A stretch of DNA of 54,519 nucleotides from an uncultured Candidatus Saccharibacteria bacterium (GCA_964560315.1 CAZLLA010000001.1:1-54519), one strand, 5' to 3'. Counted from the first letter of the stretch, positions 18,822 through 27,116 are shown. The notes: generated by a model from the sequence alone, not told the origin. Program-made: numbers and translations.

Positions 18822-18860
18822 TTGGATTTTGTGGCTCTATTTGTTATAATCACCTCTGTT
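18822..18860 (+). promoter_or_regulatory. tRNA-His promoter: -35 TTGGAT, 17-nt spacer, extended -10 TGTTATAAT, conserved CACCTCTGTT
   Basis: TTGGAT at 18822-18827, TATAAT at 18845-18850, then the same CACCTCTGTT seen before tRNA-Gly. Confidence 0.6.
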
Positions 18861-18875
18861 TAAAACCATTTTCGT

Positions 18876-18954
18876 GGCGGAAGTAGCTCAGTTGGTTCAG
18901 AGCGCCTGTCTGTGGCACAGGAGGTCGTGGGTTCAATCCCCATCTTTCGCCCCA
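18876..18954 (+). tRNA. tRNA-His(GUG) with genome-encoded G-1
   Basis: Anticodon arm CCTGT-CTGTGGC-ACAGG. Acceptor GCGGAAG/CTTTCGC. Extra 5' G at 18876 lies opposite discriminator C. Encoded CCA. Confidence 0.85.
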
Positions 18955-18998
18955 TTTTGATATAAACGCAAATTAATTATATACGATAGTCAATCTAA

Positions 18999-20840
18999 AT
19001 GCTTCACCGATTAACTAATTTTTTACAAAGTTACCGATTGTTTAGCTGTACGGCTTTCGGATTAGCCGTTGGCATAGTGCTCTGGTTATGCCATCTACGA
19101 ACACTCGCTAATTGGGAGATTAGTGCTTTTGCGCTTATCGCAGTCGTCGCCTCGATGGTGGGCATGTGGCAAACAATACGGGCTGGCCGATACGGCATTG
19201 ATGCGGCAGCTTTAATAACCATCGTAGCTTCGATTGTCTTGCATCAATATTGGGCAAGCATTGTCGTGGCTATTGGCTTAACTAGCCGGCCGTGGCTGGA
19301 GAGTGTCGTGACTCGATCTGCCAGAAAGTATCCCGATAAACTCTTAGAGCGCTTACCGCATCGGGCTCAAGTTCTTCGAAAAAATAAGCTAGTTGACATA
19401 CTCATTGACGATATCCTCGTCAGCGACAAGTTATTAATTCATCCTGGCGAAATCGTACCAGTTGATGCCCGAATAATTGAGGGCTCCGGAACTTTCGATG
19501 AGGCGGCTCTAGGTGGCTCTAGCCAACCACAAATTAGAGGTGTTGGTGACATAGTTTTAAGTGGCTCCATAAATATTGACGGCGAAATAACCGCTAAAGT
19601 CACTCGACTCGCAATCGATAGCCAGTATCAGCAAATCGTTCGAATAACCAGATCAGCCATCGACAGTCCACTGCCTCTGGCCCATTCAATTGATTGGTAT
19701 AGCGCGTTCTTCATGGTGGGTAGTTACATCATTGCCACGGCTGCCTGGCTAATTAGTGGCCAACCTCTAAGATTTTTGGAAGTATTCATAGTGGCTACAC
19801 CATTGTCTTTCTTACTAACTCCAACAGCCATCTACATTATTGGTTTATCGCGAGCTTTTCGTGATGGCATAATCGTTAAAACCAATACGACCTTGGAGCA
19901 ACTGGCTAAAGTTAAGGGAATAGCTTTTGATAAAACCGATACGCTTATTAGTGACCTGCCGGCTGTCGATACTATTGTCCCCTCTAGCCCATATAATCAA
20001 CGTGATGTCCTGACTTATGCCGGTAGTCTTATGCAGCGCTCCAACTACCTCTTAGCCAAAGCAGTTAATTCTGCTGTGGCGGCTAAGAACCTAAGGCTCC
20101 TAAGGGTGAAGCACATTGCTGAGGTGGCTGGTCTTGGAGCTGAAGCACACATTAGCAATAAAGACGTTCTAGTGGGCCGCCTCGACTTGATCCAACAACG
20201 TGGTGTCAATATGCCCAAACAAATCAAAGCATCACGTATCAATCAAGCAGCTGTCTTTGTGGCCATCGATGGAAATTTTGTCGGCTATATAACCTTCAAG
20301 GAAAATATTCGAGCTGACGCCAAACCAATGTTTGATGCACTGTCGCTGTTCGGCATTACTCGGTCACTAATGATAACTGACGACAGTCAAACAACCGCCA
20401 GTAAAGTTGCTAAACGATTGGGTATTTCCGACACTAGAGCCGGTATATTGCCTGGCGACGAGCTTTTGGCAATTGAATCTTTTGATGCGCGACCACTAGC
20501 CTATATTGGTAATGCACTGAGCGATGCCACAATTCTGACGGCTGCTGATATTGGCATAGCCCTTGGCGCTCGTGGCAATGTCGTTGCCGGTGAGGCAGCT
20601 GACGTTATTATTATGCAAAATGATTTGAGTTATATCGTTCGGGTAGTCGCTAATGCCAAACGGACGCTGCGCCTTGTCAAGCTAAGCGTTGTCCTTGGTG
20701 CTGCAATATGTTTGGCAGCGATGCTGGTTTTTGCCAGCGGTCGATTCTCGTCACTCACCAGTGCAATTGTTCGCAGTGCGATTGAGATCGTTATTACTTT
20801 AGGCGTACTAAGAACCTATAGATATAAGACTAGGATCTAA
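18999..20840 (+). CDS. P1B-like P-type ATPase homologue with degenerate catalytic motifs
   Basis: 613 aa with overall heavy-metal-ATPase architecture. Motif substitutions: TGES->GGSS, CPC->TPL, DKTGT->DKTDT (19929-19943), SEHPL->SNYLL, GDGIND->GNALSD. No N-terminal metal-binding domain. Confidence 0.7.
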   Translation: MLHRLTNFLQSYRLFSCTAFGLAVGIVLWLCHLRTLANWEISAFALIAVVASMVGMWQTIRAGRYGIDAAALITIVASIVLHQYWASIVVAIGLTSRPWLESVVTRSARKYPDKLLERLPHRAQVLRKNKLVDILIDDILVSDKLLIHPGEIVPVDARIIEGSGTFDEAALGGSSQPQIRGVGDIVLSGSINIDGEITAKVTRLAIDSQYQQIVRITRSAIDSPLPLAHSIDWYSAFFMVGSYIIATAAWLISGQPLRFLEVFIVATPLSFLLTPTAIYIIGLSRAFRDGIIVKTNTTLEQLAKVKGIAFDKTDTLISDLPAVDTIVPSSPYNQRDVLTYAGSLMQRSNYLLAKAVNSAVAAKNLRLLRVKHIAEVAGLGAEAHISNKDVLVGRLDLIQQRGVNMPKQIKASRINQAAVFVAIDGNFVGYITFKENIRADAKPMFDALSLFGITRSLMITDDSQTTASKVAKRLGISDTRAGILPGDELLAIESFDARPLAYIGNALSDATILTAADIGIALGARGNVVAGEAADVIIMQNDLSYIVRVVANAKRTLRLVKLSVVLGAAICLAAMLVFASGRFSSLTSAIVRSAIEIVITLGVLRTYRYKTRI

Positions 20841-21040
20841 AAGCTCTAGACCATTCAGCGGAGTTTTTAATCTTTATATCGGCAGCAAGTGTACCAGTTA
20901 ACTAAGCGTTGTTAATGGATTTGGTTTAGGCTGTTAGGTAGCTTCGTTTTGAAAATCTGAAACGAGTCCACTACACATAATATATATAGTAGAGGGAGAA
21001 TTATTTACGATTATTACATCTGTTAGACACATCAACTATT

Positions 21041-21068
21041 ACATACATCGGAGTATGTATTTTTGTGA
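21041..21068 (+). terminator. rho-independent terminator-like hairpin
   Basis: TACATAC-ATCGGA-GTATGTA (7-bp stem) followed by TTTTTGTG. Lies 200 nt downstream of the ATPase-like gene stop. Confidence 0.45.
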
Positions 21069-21130
21069 TGATTTATTGAGTCAAATAATCGAATTTAGGC
21101 ATTCACTTTTAGAACGGTTTATTTGCATAT

Positions 21131-21796
21131 TTAACGAACAACGTTTAGGGCCACGGCTACAAACAGCGGCACTAGTAGATTATCGAGGCCTCGAACAGCT
21201 ACATTCTCTAGGATTGTGGCAACCACAGCAATGGCTATAAACCACAGGCTAAAAACACTCGGTTCAAAGATTGCCATGCCAGTCAAAATAGCCATCGAGA
21301 CGATAAAAAAGGTCAGTGTCCCGACAACACTCTTGGCATAGCCGAATACTTTATATCGAGTCGTTTTGCCGAACTTCATGCCAAACACTGCCGCCAGACC
21401 ATCGGCTAAACTCATGTTTAGAAGAGCTGCGCAGTATATCCAGTGGCTGTGGGCGACAAAGGCCAAAATACCCACGGTGGCGGCAAACATTATTTCACCC
21501 CAGGTGGGTCGTTGGACACTGTGAATAGCTTTGAAAAGGTTAGCATATTTCGATATAACGACTACCGCCACAAAAGCGATACTTAGAAATACAATCTCAC
21601 CGCGGCTTAAATAAAGTGACCAAAAGGCCACAAACGATCCAGCTGTAATATGTACAAATTTTCGAGTAAATTCGGTATTAATATCACGATGTCGCCAGAG
21701 TGTTTCTGAAATACATAACAGTAAGAATACAATGACGACGGATATTATTAAGTTCATGCCACCTATTGTACAGTTGACCAACAAAAATAGAAGCAC
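21131..21796 (-). CDS. polytopic membrane protein, dolichol/phytol kinase - CTP-transferase_1 superfamily-like
   Basis: 221 aa, about 6 TMs. Motif FGMKFGKTTRYKVFGYAKSVVGT resembles the G-K...KS.EG loop of the CdsA/dolichol kinase family. The real start may be Met14 (21757). Confidence 0.5.
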   Translation of the reverse strand: MLLFLLVNCTIGGMNLIISVVIVFLLLCISETLWRHRDINTEFTRKFVHITAGSFVAFWSLYLSRGEIVFLSIAFVAVVVISKYANLFKAIHSVQRPTWGEIMFAATVGILAFVAHSHWIYCAALLNMSLADGLAAVFGMKFGKTTRYKVFGYAKSVVGTLTFFIVSMAILTGMAIFEPSVFSLWFIAIAVVATILENVAVRGLDNLLVPLFVAVALNVVR

Positions 21797-21830
21797 GTCG
21801 CATAAAACTCAGAAAATCAATAATCTAAAA

Positions 21831-21907
21831 TGGTCGGGGATGGCAGACTTGAACTGCCGACCTCATCGTCCCGAACGATGCGCGCTACCAGGCTGCGCCA
21901 ATCCCCG
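21831..21907 (-). tRNA. tRNA-Pro(CGG)
   Basis: Reverse complement folds as CGGGGAT..GCGC-AGCCTGGTA-GCGC..CATCG-TTCGGGA-CGATG..GGCAG-TTCAAGT-CTGCC-ATCCCCG-ACCA (77 nt). Confidence 0.85.
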
Positions 21908-21917
21908 ATGTTCATAA

Positions 21918-22289
21918 TTATTGATCCACCTCCTTGTAATGTACAATTCTGTGACAGTTTGCGCAAAGTAGAGAACACTTTTCCACTTCTTTTTTTAGTT
22001 TTTTAAAACCTACTTTGTAGCGAAAATCAGCCACGTTAAAATCTTTCTCTCCAAAATCATCATGATGAAAGTCTAACACTCGAAAATCAGCGTTACCACA
22101 TCTTTCACATAGTCTTTGGCGCTTGTATTCTTCGATCCATCTACGATAACGAGCTATTAAAAGTTTTTTTGTTTTCCTATAACAATACCTACATTTCTGG
22201 CGACGATATATTTTGTCCGGAAGCGTTAAAACTATGCCGAAGTCTGTTTCTGGATATTGCTTATGACAATACCTGCAAGCCTTAAGCAT
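21918..22289 (-). CDS. stand-alone HNH endonuclease with zinc-ribbon CxxC pairs
   Basis: 123 aa. CxxC pairs CRYCH, CRYCY, CERCG. HNH core LDFHHDD...N...CANCHRIVH. AT-rich. Extended -10 TGATACAAT (22296-22304, minus) lies 6 nt from the ATG. Confidence 0.8.
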   Translation of the reverse strand: MLKACRYCHKQYPETDFGIVLTLPDKIYRRQKCRYCYRKTKKLLIARYRRWIEEYKRQRLCERCGNADFRVLDFHHDDFGEKDFNVADFRYKVGFKKLKKEVEKCSLLCANCHRIVHYKEVDQ

Positions 22290-22368
22290 TTTTGTATTGT
22301 ATCATATTTGGGTCTAGACCCAGCGTCCCAAATATTATGTGCTTGTTAGATTGCTCAACTCCAAAATA

Positions 22369-22445
22369 TGGTCGGGGATAGAGGACTCGAACCTCCGACC
22401 TCGCGCTCCCAAAGCGCGCGCGCTAGCCAACTGCGCCAATCCCCG
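22369..22445 (-). tRNA. tRNA-Pro(UGG)
   Basis: Reverse complement folds as CGGGGAT..GCGC-AGTTGGCTA-GCGC..CGCGC-TTTGGGA-GCGCG..GGAGG-TTCGAGT-CCTCT-ATCCCCG-ACCA (77 nt). Confidence 0.85.
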
Positions 22446-22472
22446 TTAAATTCTTTCGTTAAAGCATTATGT

Positions 22473-22493
22473 AACAGCGGTGATTATATCTCA
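22473..22493 (-). promoter_or_regulatory. tRNA-Pro operon promoter: GATATAATCACCGCTGTT (third copy of the tRNA promoter motif)
   Basis: Minus-strand TATAAT at 22483-22488 followed by CACCGCTGTT, one mismatch to the motif before tRNA-Gly and tRNA-His. Confidence 0.5.
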
Positions 22494-22519
22494 AACAGAA
22501 TAATACTGCCACTCTACGA

Positions 22520-23314
22520 TTAGAGATATTGTTGAATCTGCTCAACTTTTTCGGCTAAACCATTACTATTGGTTGTCACCAAAAGAGCATTGAACTGACG
22601 CGGTCCTTTGGTTTCCAGCTCGTTCTTGGTGACCAATCCATCGCGCCAACGTGCGACAACACCGTCATAAGTTATGCCTAGCGAGGACTCTAACGCACCA
22701 CACATGCCCACGTCAGTAACATGAGCCGTTCCCTTAGGTAAAATACGGGCATCAGCTGTTGGCACATGCCAATGATCACCCACAACTAGACTAATGCGAC
22801 CATCTAGATAGTGCCCGATAACCACCTTTTCGCTGCTATAGTCGCCATGAAAGTTAACTACACAGGCTATTTTTACTGCTCCCACTTGTGAAGCCAGAAT
22901 TTGATCAACTACCCGCAAGGGGTTGTCGAGCGGTTTGTCCGCATCACGGCCGACAACATGACCCAACAAGCTAATAACCAATACTTTACCCTGAGAAGTT
23001 GTGGCGTATTTATAGCCTAATCCTGGGGTTCCTTCCGGGTAGTTGGCTGGCCGGATGATCGGTTCTTCGGCGTTGTTTAGTAACGGTATAGCCTCTGGCC
23101 GAAACAACGACCAGTTACCGCCAGTCAAGAAATCTACACCGTAGGATTTGATCTTCTGAAAATCTTCGGGCGTAATGCCCTTACCCTCAGTTACGTTTTC
23201 ACCCTGGGCAATGACCAAATCAATCTGGCGATTCTGGCGCAACTTGGGCACTATCTCACTAACGGCCGATAGACCGACCTCGCCCATTACATCTCCGACG
23301 TAGAGAATATTCAT
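22520..23314 (-). CDS. ymdB: YmdB-family metallophosphoesterase (2',3'-cyclic-nucleotide phosphodiesterase-like)
   Basis: 264 aa. N-terminus MNILYVGDVMGEVG...AQGEN...GNW matches the TIGR00282/YmdB pattern. Sits immediately downstream of rny, as in Firmicutes. Confidence 0.85.
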   Translation of the reverse strand: MNILYVGDVMGEVGLSAVSEIVPKLRQNRQIDLVIAQGENVTEGKGITPEDFQKIKSYGVDFLTGGNWSLFRPEAIPLLNNAEEPIIRPANYPEGTPGLGYKYATTSQGKVLVISLLGHVVGRDADKPLDNPLRVVDQILASQVGAVKIACVVNFHGDYSSEKVVIGHYLDGRISLVVGDHWHVPTADARILPKGTAHVTDVGMCGALESSLGITYDGVVARWRDGLVTKNELETKGPRQFNALLVTTNSNGLAEKVEQIQQYL

Positions 23315-23332
23315 ATTAAACCCTGTAAAAGA

Positions 23333-24847
23333 TTATTTAGCGTATTCAGTAGCCCGTGTCTCACGAATGACATTGACCTTAATAGTACCCGGATATTGCA
23401 TTGACGATTCAATTTTGTTGGCGATATCTCGAGCCAGTTTAATAGCCGACAGATCATCAATCTCTTCTGGCTGCACAATGACTCGAACCTCACGACCGGC
23501 ACTAATGGCATATGCTTTTTCAATACCCTTGAAACCAAGGGCCACATTTTCCAGATCCTTCATGCGCTCTACAAAATTCTCAGCCGAGATGTTACGAGCC
23601 CCAGGACGAGCCGCGCTGAGAGCATCACATGTCCTAACGATTAGAGCTTCTACGCTTGTTGCCTCCATGTCGTCGTGGTGCTGTTCAGCGGCCAGCGCGA
23701 CAGCTTCGGGTGCTCCATACTTGCGTAACATTTCGCCACTAATATGATGATGCTTGCCTTCCATCTTGTGGGTTAGGGCTTTGCCAATATCATGGGTCAA
23801 CGTCGCATATTTAACGATAGCCACATCAGCCCCAACTTCTTCGGCAATCATAGCCGCTAAGTGAGTCATTTCGGTCGAATGTTTGAGCACGTTCTGGCCA
23901 TAGCTAGTTCGGTATTTCAGTTCCCCGAGCAAATGCAGGATTTCTCTAGGGATGCCGATGACGCCAACTTCACGGGCAGCATCTTCGCCGGCCCGGACAA
24001 CTTCTTTCTCGACATTTCCTTGAGCCTTCTCAACAACTTCCTCAATCCGTGCGGGGTGAATACGCCCATCTTTGATCAGCATTTCCAATGACTGACGAGC
24101 TATTTCTCGGCGCACTGGATCAAAACTAGACAGCACAACATAACCTGGTGTGTCATCAACTAGGATGTCGACGCCGGTAGCTCGCTGGAGAGCCTGAATA
24201 TTGCGACCTTCTTTACCAATGATGCGACCCTTCATCTCCTCGTCTTCTAACTTGATACTAGAAACGGTCCGCTCGGCCGTTACTTCGCTAGCCATTCGTT
24301 CCATGGCGGTAGTTAGGATTAAAGCGGCCTGCTCTTCAGCGTCTTCCTGAGCATTATTTTGTAGTTTGGCAACTAAACCAATCAGGTCATTTTTAATATC
24401 TCGTTCGGTCATCTGCATTAACTTATCAGCGGCTTCGGCTTTGCTGAGTTTGGCAATTTTTTCTAGCTTATCTTGCTGACGACCACGGATCTCACGGATT
24501 TCGTCTTTTAATTTATCGACTTCATCTTCGCTATTGCGAAGATTGGCTGATCGTTTATCTAGATCATCCAGTTTCTTATCAAGCGTTTCTTCACGAGTGA
24601 CTAGCCGCTGCTCTAGATCTTTTAGTTCGCGGCGGTGAGCTTGCTCATCTTTACGGGCTTCCTGGACCTCTTGAGCGGCTTCGTCACGAGCTTGAGCGAC
24701 AACTTTTTCGGCTTCTCTTTGGGCTTTGGCTAGTTCTTTTTTGGCCTGGTCTTCAGCCGAGCCGATTCGTTTTTTGGTATAGACAGTGGTTGCTCCAGAA
24801 CCAGCAACAACGCCCACCACGGCGAACACTACTATTAGTGGGATCAT
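23333..24847 (-). CDS. rny: ribonuclease Y
   Basis: 504 aa. N-terminal TM, long charged coiled coil, KH domain (GRIIGKEGRNIQAL), HD domain (LHDIGKA-like THDIGKAL). Confidence 0.95.
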   Translation of the reverse strand: MIPLIVVFAVVGVVAGSGATTVYTKKRIGSAEDQAKKELAKAQREAEKVVAQARDEAAQEVQEARKDEQAHRRELKDLEQRLVTREETLDKKLDDLDKRSANLRNSEDEVDKLKDEIREIRGRQQDKLEKIAKLSKAEAADKLMQMTERDIKNDLIGLVAKLQNNAQEDAEEQAALILTTAMERMASEVTAERTVSSIKLEDEEMKGRIIGKEGRNIQALQRATGVDILVDDTPGYVVLSSFDPVRREIARQSLEMLIKDGRIHPARIEEVVEKAQGNVEKEVVRAGEDAAREVGVIGIPREILHLLGELKYRTSYGQNVLKHSTEMTHLAAMIAEEVGADVAIVKYATLTHDIGKALTHKMEGKHHHISGEMLRKYGAPEAVALAAEQHHDDMEATSVEALIVRTCDALSAARPGARNISAENFVERMKDLENVALGFKGIEKAYAISAGREVRVIVQPEEIDDLSAIKLARDIANKIESSMQYPGTIKVNVIRETRATEYAK

Positions 24848-25019
24848 TATAGTTCCTTTCTATCGGCAGACAAGATGTGCGGGCAATCGCTCTCACTTCA
24901 CTAGCCCAAATCCACCTTATCTGAAATTCAATTAAAGAGTTAGATCAAATAGGATCGCACGTACATCATTCGCAGTAGCTAATCCTACCTAAAACTATAC
25001 CTCCACTCGATGAGTGCGG

Positions 25020-25412
25020 TCAATGTTTCGGTTCGGTAATATGGACTGGCGCACCGTATTCTGGCAGAGCAATTTTGTTATTGTGACCACTCTTCAGTTC
25101 GGCCCGACCATGTTCTAACCAGTCGGTGCCACTGGTTCCCACAATCGGTATGCCTAGACTTTCGGCTAGGGCATTAGCCACGCTAAGACCGATTCGAAGT
25201 CCCGTAAAACTACCGGGACCCCTAAAGATTACGATACCACCTAGATCGCTAAGGTTTTTGTTGGAGCGCTTAAGCAAATCACGAATTTTAGTATGAATCG
25301 TGACCGATAGTTCGCGGTGAGCCGTCCAGGTCTGATAACCAAGCTGGCGATCATCGTTAAACAGACCGACTTCGGCTTCTGGATTATCTGTTTTGATTGA
25401 TAAGATCAACAT
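25020..25412 (-). CDS. tsaB: tRNA t6A biosynthesis protein TsaB, short (N-terminal domain only)
   Basis: 130 aa. ILSIKTDNPEAEVGL... and FRGPGSFTGLRIGLSVANALA are the TsaB N-domain signature. About 100 aa shorter than typical TsaB. Confidence 0.75.
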   Translation of the reverse strand: MLILSIKTDNPEAEVGLFNDDRQLGYQTWTAHRELSVTIHTKIRDLLKRSNKNLSDLGGIVIFRGPGSFTGLRIGLSVANALAESLGIPIVGTSGTDWLEHGRAELKSGHNNKIALPEYGAPVHITEPKH

Positions 25413-25413
25413 C

Positions 25414-25920
25414 TTAGACCTCTTTAGAAACTAAGTAACTTAACTTGTTAGGATACTGAAAAATCAGCTGACGCATAGCTTCGCCCGTACTTTGGAACGT
25501 GATAGTCAGACGGCCAGCGGGCAGAACATTCTCGACAATTTCGCCCCACTCTATCACGACAATCGCTTTTGGATCATCAATCACTTCTAGAAGTTCGGCA
25601 GCCACAATGCCCGGTTCGCCTAGCCGATAAAAATCGAAGTGGTAAAGTGTCAGTTCACCAGCACGGTATTGGCGGCTGATTGTAAAGGTCGGGCTGGCTA
25701 CAACATCTTGGCTGCCAAGACCGCGCGCTATGCCTCGGACAAAAGTTGTCTTACCGCCACCTAGGTCACTGACCAATTCGATAACTTCACCGCCGCGCAG
25801 CCTGCTCCCGAGTTTCTGACCAATCGTTTCAGTGGATTCAGAACTATTAGAAGCGGTCTGCCAACTTAGCACTTTATTCTTCACCTCTGTATAGTAACTC
25901 GCCATGAGTAACACCCGCAA
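25414..25920 (-). CDS. tsaE: tRNA t6A biosynthesis ATPase TsaE
   Basis: P-loop SDLGGGKTTFVRGIARGLG, then SPTFTI and HFDFYRL motifs. The true start may be an internal Met near 25905. Confidence 0.85.
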   Translation of the reverse strand: MRVLLMASYYTEVKNKVLSWQTASNSSESTETIGQKLGSRLRGGEVIELVSDLGGGKTTFVRGIARGLGSQDVVASPTFTISRQYRAGELTLYHFDFYRLGEPGIVAAELLEVIDDPKAIVVIEWGEIVENVLPAGRLTITFQSTGEAMRQLIFQYPNKLSYLVSKEV

Positions 25921-25943
25921 GTAACTCAGGTTCAGGCCTGTCG

Positions 25944-26477
25944 GTGTACAATGAAAATATGTTGCAGCTGAGTGGGTCGCTTTTAAGCAAGCCGGTCCTG
26001 TCGCTACGAAGCGGCGGGCCTGTTGCTTGGATTACGTCGCCAATCTTTAACCCCAACAACTTGAAAATTGAGGGTTTTTACTGCAACGACACGATTGATA
26101 AAAAGCAGCTGGTGTTGCTTTATCAAGACATCCGAGAATTTTCCCAACAGGGTTTTATTATTGACGACCATGACATACTAGCCCAGCCACACGAGTTGGT
26201 CCGCTTAAAGCGTTTGATTAATCTAAATTTTGTATTGCTCAAGAAGCCAGTCGAAACAGTCTCGAAGGAGAAAATCGGCAAGGTGAGTGATTATGCTGTT
26301 GAGACAACCACGATGTACGTCCAAAAGCTGTACGTCTCCAGGTCAATTATCAGGAATCTGACCGGCGGTGGCTTGAGCATCGACCGTAGCCAAATCGTCG
26401 AGATCACCAATAGCCGGATCATTATCAATGACCTGCTACAGGGTACACCGTCACCAGTCACGGCTAGTATCGCCTAA
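25944..26477 (+). CDS. hypothetical protein with two PRC-barrel-like repeats
   Basis: 177 aa. Two internally similar segments (LLSKPVLSLRSGGPV...IEGFY and LLKKPVETVSKEKIGKVSDYAVE...). Weak assignment by eye. Confidence 0.35.
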   Translation: MYNENMLQLSGSLLSKPVLSLRSGGPVAWITSPIFNPNNLKIEGFYCNDTIDKKQLVLLYQDIREFSQQGFIIDDHDILAQPHELVRLKRLINLNFVLLKKPVETVSKEKIGKVSDYAVETTTMYVQKLYVSRSIIRNLTGGGLSIDRSQIVEITNSRIIINDLLQGTPSPVTASIA

Positions 26478-27097
26478 TTAGCTTCAGTTTTATTTTCGCC
26501 TAAGATATTTTTGATATCGCCGTAATTGAAACCCTGTGTGGCTAAATACTGCATTAATTTAAGGTCATCGACTTTATATTTAGATAACTGGCGTTTCTTG
26601 GCTATCAACTCACGTAAGACATCCTGTTCGGTAGTCTCGTCCTCTGCCAGGACTTGATCAATTACCTCGTCATCGACCCGCTTAGCTCTTAGTTCTTGTT
26701 GTAATTTTCGCTTCGAGGTAGGGCGGAGTAGGCGACGGTTTGCTACCCAGCTACGGGCAAACGCTAGATCGTCAAGAAGACTAATGTCAGTTAACTTGTT
26801 AAGTATCTTTTGTGTCAGAGCAGGGGAGATGGTTTTTCGTTTCAGATAATTTTGCATTTCCCACCGACTATGCGGCCTTAGAGCGGCATAACGTAAAGCC
26901 TGATTGGATATCTTGTCCTCTGATGATTGGCGCTTCCAGTTTTGCAGTTCTCCCTCGCTAAGTTGTTGGCCTCTTACTAGTTGGCTCTCCAACAACGCCG
27001 AAGCACTGAGCGAAAAAGCGTACTTACCATCAACATATATCGAATAACGATCCTGCTGTTTGATCTGCTGGCTGATTTGCGTAATTTTCATAATCAC
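26474..27097 (-). CDS. recX: recombination regulator RecX
   Basis: 207 aa helical-repeat protein immediately downstream of recA. RecX-like repeats (ALRYAALRPHSRWEMQNYL..., ARSWVANRR...). Confidence 0.75.
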   Translation of the reverse strand: MIMKITQISQQIKQQDRYSIYVDGKYAFSLSASALLESQLVRGQQLSEGELQNWKRQSSEDKISNQALRYAALRPHSRWEMQNYLKRKTISPALTQKILNKLTDISLLDDLAFARSWVANRRLLRPTSKRKLQQELRAKRVDDEVIDQVLAEDETTEQDVLRELIAKKRQLSKYKVDDLKLMQYLATQGFNYGDIKNILGENKTEAN

Positions 27098-27116
27098 CAG
27101 ATAAGGCTACTGCCGA

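Noticed and set aside
21020-21029. The 10-mer CATCTGTTAG shared between the 20841-21130 gap and the island repeat (44671-44680), as evidence for a third repeat copy.
   Set aside because: Only 10 nt match and the flanks diverge immediately. In AT-rich DNA this may be chance. It is mentioned under the sRNA finding but not counted as a repeat copy.
21732-21917. 61-aa plus-strand ORF.
   Set aside because: It runs straight through the tRNA-Pro(CGG) gene (21831-21907) and the end of the membrane-protein gene. It is a spurious reading of structural RNA sequence.
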